Assembly (NCBI GenBank): GCA_016776905.1
Contig: JADHSM010000001.1
Location: 112,691 to 176,690 of the forward strand
DNA: 64,000 nt
Direction of reading: 5' to 3'
Source: Planctomycetota bacterium
GTDB taxonomy: Bacteria; Planctomycetota; UBA8108; UBA1146
Part shown: one piece after another, positions 59,862 to 64,000 of the stretch
Numbering within the stretch: the stretch's first letter is position 1
Layout of the letters: every line of letters starts with the position of its first letter
The notes under the pieces: generated by a model
Databases searched by the model: none
Told to the model about the DNA's origin: nothing
The model's input: the letters and a program-made list of their open reading frames with translations, nothing else
Translations under genes and position numbers: made by a program

Positions 59862-60188
59862 TCACTCCAGATGAGAGCGCAATGCTTCCTCAACTTCATT
59901 ACTCGTGATTTTCATCAGCAAGAAGGTTTTTCTTCTACTTTGCTCACCCCGAAGAAGCCTGATTCGGCTCTTTGGTATTCCGAGGGTACCTGAAAGTACC
60001 TCACAGATGGTGCGATTTGCCTTTCCCTTCTCAGGAGCGGTGGTCACCTTGACCACCAGAGCTCCTTGGCGAATCTCTCCGGTAGAGTTTCTGGAGGCCC
60101 CGGGAATCGCTCGGACCGAGAGTTCTATACCCTCGGGAGTGGACTTGAGCTCCGGGAATTCCACGGGTTTCTCAGCATCATCACTCAT
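59862..60188 (-). CDS. DUF167 (YggU) family protein
   Basis: V...PGA, V...PEKGKAN, GE.SR.K. Confidence 0.88.
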   Translation of the reverse strand: MSDDAEKPVEFPELKSTPEGIELSVRAIPGASRNSTGEIRQGALVVKVTTAPEKGKANRTICEVLSGTLGIPKSRIRLLRGEQSRRKTFLLMKITSNEVEEALRSHLE

Positions 60189-62758
60189 GGATTCGTGGAC
60201 TCTTCAGAGGGATTTTCTGAAGACTGGAGATCATTCAGGAGATCCTGAAGCGTCTCAAAGTCCATTTCTTGCCAGATTCTCTCTGCAGCCTCTTTCCGGT
60301 TATTCCATTCGAGGAGAAGACCCAGATAGCCCATCCAGTCTTTTTCAAGATCGGCCTCGAGCAATAGATCGAGACGTGAGCCAGGGAGTATCTCCTTCCA
60401 AAGGAGGTAACGCCCGAGTCCTCCGGGAGTATCCCGATAAATGATTCTGTCATTCTGAAGGGTGACTTCGGTCGCCTTGAAGGAGCCCGAATTCGTGGAG
60501 ACTTGTCGATTTCTTCGCGTGGGAAGGCTTTGTTGAACGAGGCTTGCCAATTGTCGATCAAACTGAGTAAACATCTCGAGGTGCTGATCGATTCTGCGTC
60601 GATCAGGTGAGGAATAACTTTCTTCGAGGAGAGCAGAACGGAGATCCCGTGCGGCTTTTTGACCACTGAAGGATTGGTTCCAAATTCCCCAACTCCGAGT
60701 GAGCGCTGGACTGATGGAAGTTTTCTCGGGAGTCTTCGAGGCGCTATTAGAGTTCTCTATTTCTCCACGCAATTGTAATGAAAAAGATTCGGTCTCAGGT
60801 ATGAGAGCTCTCGTCGACATCTGATTGAGAATGCCCTCGGCTTCAGCAAGTCTTCCCTCCTCGATGAAAGATCGAGCTTCGATCATCGCAGACTGCCACA
60901 TGGAGATCGCACTGGTGGTTAACTCCATGAGAAACTGATCTCTCTGATCCCACGCTCGAGTTCCACGGTGAACTTCAGAGAGCTGAAGGACTTCCGCGCG
61001 AGCTCTCCCGGGTTGATCCGATCGAAGCCAGCCTTCCGCTCTAGAGCGAACCAGATTCCAGTCCCTTTCGGCAGCCTGTTGCTTTTTGTCCGCGATGGCT
61101 TCTTCCGACTTGAGTTCGGAAATCAGCTCCGAAGCCTTATTGGCGGCTCGAGTGTTGGGATACTTTGAGATCAAATTCTCGAGAGTCGAAATACGAGCAC
61201 TGAATGATGAAGGGTTTTCTTCATTGGATAAGGCCTCTGCAAGCAGCGAGCGTGCGCTGTTTTCCTGATCCAACTCCGCAAGTTTTGAATATTCAGATTC
61301 AAGGTTCGACTCGAGATTCCGCAGTTTTTCTTTTGCGACAAGAAGTTGCTCAGAGGAGAGAAGTTCGGAATTGTCGACAAGGAATTCAACCTCAGTACTG
61401 AGTTGCAGGAGTTGTTCTTCAGCAGCACCTAATCGACCACTATTGATCAGTAACTCTGTTTTTTGTTGGGCCTCGGGTAAGTCTAGGAGTACTTTTTCGA
61501 CCTGGATTTCAATGGGGGACTTCATAGGTGTCTCATTGAAAAATTTTGTGGAGGAATATCCAGAAACAAACACAAAAAGAATGACGAGGAAAATCCCACT
61601 TTTAGAGCGGGCGGTCGGAGCTTTTTGTTGATTTTCATGAATAAGAACATCGATGACTTCACCCAGATATTTTGCATTTCCGGGGCGTCCTTCCGGCGAG
61701 GGGGACATCATTTTCGCCAGAAGATCTTTCACCTCATTCGGAATAGTATTCTCGGGTGCGACTTCGTCAATGTCGGGAGCGTGGGTCGCATCCATATGTT
61801 TGAGAATGACGTCACGGGCACCCTTGCCTTTGTAGGGGGTTTTCCCCGCGAGGCAATGGAACAGAGTTGCACCGAGAGAATAGATGTCCGCACGTTGATC
61901 AATGGCATCACCACGGGCCTGTTCGGGGGCGATGTAGTGCGGAGATCCACTGACGCCCTCTTTTTGTGAAACCAGTCCAGAAGCATCGGTTTTTCTGGCG
62001 ATTCCAAGGTCGCCGATCTTGATGATTCCGTGATTGTTGACGAGTAGGTTTCCCGGCTTGATGTCCCTGTGGACGATGCCTTGCTTCTCCGCAAACTCTA
62101 GGCCTTTGGCGGCTTGCCTGACGATGTCGAGAGCCTCCAGCATGGGAAGAGCTCCGGATTCGTCGATACGTTTTTCAATACTGCCTTCACTCACAAGTTC
62201 CATGGTGAAGTAATGGAGGTCTTCTTGTTTTCCGACGTCATAGACTTGAACAATATGCGGATGACTTAATTTTCCAGCGGCTCTGGCTTCCCGAATAAAC
62301 ATATCGATGAAGGCTTGATCACTGGTGTACTTGTGAGAGAGAATTTTAAGGGCTACTGGGCGATCGAGTGAAATCTGGCGAGCTTGGTATACGGTTCCCA
62401 TCCCTCCTCTACCGATACGCTTCTCAACTTTACAGCCACCGATCACTTTCCCAATCAGGGGATCGTCTTCATGGAGAAAGGTGAGGCGAGTTACGCCGAT
62501 ATCAATATGATCATTATGTTTCAGGGCAACGATCTCTGAGACGAGCTCGCCATTGACTTGGATTCCGTTGGTACTTTCTAAATCTCGAATCCACCAAAGT
62601 GAGTCTCTAAACTCGATTTGGCAATGACGTCGACTCGATTCGTCGTCACGTAAATGGATTTGAGCATCCGGATCGCGTCCGACGAGTAATACGCCTTGAT
62701 CCTTGATAGACCATGACCGACCTCGGTCAGGACCTTTTTCAGCGACGAGCTTCGGCAT
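60185..62758 (-). CDS. FHA-domain Ser/Thr protein kinase with a TM segment and a large helical C-terminal region
   Basis: FHA motifs GR, SRRH and STNG; kinase motifs GRGGMG, VALK, HRDIKPGN, DLG and APEQ; TM segment GIFLVILFVFV. Confidence 0.92.
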   Translation of the reverse strand: MPKLVAEKGPDRGRSWSIKDQGVLLVGRDPDAQIHLRDDESSRRHCQIEFRDSLWWIRDLESTNGIQVNGELVSEIVALKHNDHIDIGVTRLTFLHEDDPLIGKVIGGCKVEKRIGRGGMGTVYQARQISLDRPVALKILSHKYTSDQAFIDMFIREARAAGKLSHPHIVQVYDVGKQEDLHYFTMELVSEGSIEKRIDESGALPMLEALDIVRQAAKGLEFAEKQGIVHRDIKPGNLLVNNHGIIKIGDLGIARKTDASGLVSQKEGVSGSPHYIAPEQARGDAIDQRADIYSLGATLFHCLAGKTPYKGKGARDVILKHMDATHAPDIDEVAPENTIPNEVKDLLAKMMSPSPEGRPGNAKYLGEVIDVLIHENQQKAPTARSKSGIFLVILFVFVSGYSSTKFFNETPMKSPIEIQVEKVLLDLPEAQQKTELLINSGRLGAAEEQLLQLSTEVEFLVDNSELLSSEQLLVAKEKLRNLESNLESEYSKLAELDQENSARSLLAEALSNEENPSSFSARISTLENLISKYPNTRAANKASELISELKSEEAIADKKQQAAERDWNLVRSRAEGWLRSDQPGRARAEVLQLSEVHRGTRAWDQRDQFLMELTTSAISMWQSAMIEARSFIEEGRLAEAEGILNQMSTRALIPETESFSLQLRGEIENSNSASKTPEKTSISPALTRSWGIWNQSFSGQKAARDLRSALLEESYSSPDRRRIDQHLEMFTQFDRQLASLVQQSLPTRRNRQVSTNSGSFKATEVTLQNDRIIYRDTPGGLGRYLLWKEILPGSRLDLLLEADLEKDWMGYLGLLLEWNNRKEAAERIWQEMDFETLQDLLNDLQSSENPSEESTNP

Positions 62759-63546
62759 TACCCACCTTTCTCGTCAGTCAGGAGAGTTCTTCCTAGGCGA
62801 AGGATGGTCGCTCCTTCCGCTACGGCGACTCGCCAGTCATTCGACATGCCCATCGAGAGGGTCTTAAAAGAATTTGCCGAATCCTCTTCGAGTCGATCAC
62901 TGATTTCATCTCGCAGTTGTCGTAACGCCCTAAAAATGGGACGACATTCCTCAGCAGGCAGTTGAGGTGCCATCGTCATGAGGCCCTCGAAACGCAATGA
63001 ATCGAACTGCGAGATCCACTCGGGAATCAAGTTCAATGCAGTGAGGGGGTCCAACCCTGATTTTTGATGTTCACCAGCGATATTGATTTGGACCAGTACC
63101 GACAAGGAGCGGCCGAGATTGTCCTCGACCCAATGATTGAGAGTTTGTGCGAGTTTTAACGAATCTAGGCTATGGAGAAGTTCGATGCGAGGAGCGACGA
63201 GAGAGATTTTGTTTCTTTGGAGTTTTCCAATGAAGTGCCAACCACCCGGATCCTGTCCTGGATCTGTTTTATCTTCGAGTTCCTGAGCTCGGTTTTCACC
63301 CAACGGACCTTGGTCAGCTTCGAGAAGTCTACGAGTGTCCTGACCTGACAAGTACTTGGTCACTGGAAGGATGAGCGGAGATAAGGATTCATCTCGCTCT
63401 TCAGTTTCGGATCGGTCTCTACGCGTGGATGAGACTTTACGCGTGGATGAGACTTTACGGATGGATGCGATTTCATCCGCTTCTCGCTGAATCAGATCTC
63501 TTTGTTTGACAAAGAAGTCCAGATCCAGTTCGAGACGGGTTCTCAT
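62758..63546 (-). CDS. yggS: PLP homeostasis protein (YggS/PLPBP family)
   Basis: VTK, GENRAQE, WHFIG.LQ.NK, KSG, GLMTM, LSMGMSND, GAT..R.G. Confidence 0.93.
   Translation of the reverse strand: MRTRLELDLDFFVKQRDLIQREADEIASIRKVSSTRKVSSTRRDRSETEERDESLSPLILPVTKYLSGQDTRRLLEADQGPLGENRAQELEDKTDPGQDPGGWHFIGKLQRNKISLVAPRIELLHSLDSLKLAQTLNHWVEDNLGRSLSVLVQINIAGEHQKSGLDPLTALNLIPEWISQFDSLRFEGLMTMAPQLPAEECRPIFRALRQLRDEISDRLEEDSANSFKTLSMGMSNDWRVAVAEGATILRLGRTLLTDEKGG
63421..63459. repeat. In-frame 18-bp direct duplication in yggS
   Basis: ACGCGTGGATGAGACTTT twice, encoding RKVSST-RKVSST. Confidence 0.92.
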
Positions 63547-64000
63547 GCATTCTCCAAAGCCTGCGTCAGATTCAATCGAATGGATTCTCTACCAAACAGC
63601 CCTCTGATTTCATTGATGAATTCTTCAGACGCATCGATTTTGAATCGGTCTTCACAGAAAATCCGCCAGTTTTTCCCGTCGACGTGATCGAAGAGAAGTG
63701 TCAACGAAATCTTACCGGGAAACCTTTCGAGTATCTCTTTGGTTTTGAAGAGTTGTCCCTCCGTCACATCTTTTGGAAAGACAATGCCGACATGTTCGGC
63801 TAATTCAGAGACCGCATTTGAGAGACTGTAACACCGTTTGACCTTTATCTGATCCTGGGAGCGTGAGCCTTCTTCGTCAGAGGCCATTTCAGCTTGGCCT
63901 TGGATGATGAGTGTGTTGTCGACTTCAAGATCACCGGTGCAGTCCGCGTACACTTTGGGAAAGAAGACCGCATCGATAGAACCACTGCGATCTTCAAGGG
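63543..64000 (-). CDS. dnaE: DNA polymerase III alpha subunit, 3' end (partial)
   Basis: OB-fold segment LEDRSGSIDAVFFPKVY and a C-terminal L.EIL..FPG...L.L pattern. ORF runs off the window. Confidence 0.8.
   Translation of the reverse strand, partial: LEDRSGSIDAVFFPKVYADCTGDLEVDNTLIIQGQAEMASDEEGSRSQDQIKVKRCYSLSNAVSELAEHVGIVFPKDVTEGQLFKTKEILERFPGKISLTLLFDHVDGKNWRIFCEDRFKIDASEEFINEIRGLFGRESIRLNLTQALENA

Noticed and set aside
1-64000. Prophage, IS, integron or defence island
   Set aside because: No integrase, transposase, phage structural or known defence genes recognised; content is housekeeping throughout.

Overview
Gene-dense (about 62 CDS) core-chromosome segment of a diderm bacterium. 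By inference it is an uncultured Planctomycetota lineage: it has a C-terminal FxRGDCNxDG dockerin-like domain, an FHA-Ser/Thr kinase with a DLG motif, and MshEN-like modules of the FGxxA type. Contents are central metabolism (add, pyk, tdh-kbl, glnA, ino1, purN, PNP), translation and replication (hisS, tyrS, rpsA, rpsU, dnaE 3' end, clpP), rpoN, lipid genes (plsY, gpsA, plsC, lnt), a GldAFG-like ABC module and a lipid A/ADP-heptose locus. I saw no tRNA, rRNA, CRISPR array, IS or prophage. Best second-look candidates: (1) an LPS operon-like run (18.4-28.1 kb) that mixes lpxK, hldE and waaF with two pseudo-enzymes (FGGY and ADP-ribosylhydrolase folds lacking catalytic residues), a stand-alone MshEN-like protein and two pilT genes, one carrying an N-terminal MshEN-like domain joined through a G10 tract; (2) an orphan promoter-to-terminator RNA of about 60 nt whose terminator arm matches a nearby 12-bp tandem array at 11/12 positions; (3) a PII protein lacking the T- and B-loop motifs, plus a glutamine-riboswitch-like leader, upstream of glnA; (4) a swivel-first LeuD-LeuC fusion, a protein with both cohesin-like and dockerin-like domains, and a receptor kinase inserted between yggS and yggU. 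All family calls come from motifs read by eye; no searches were run.
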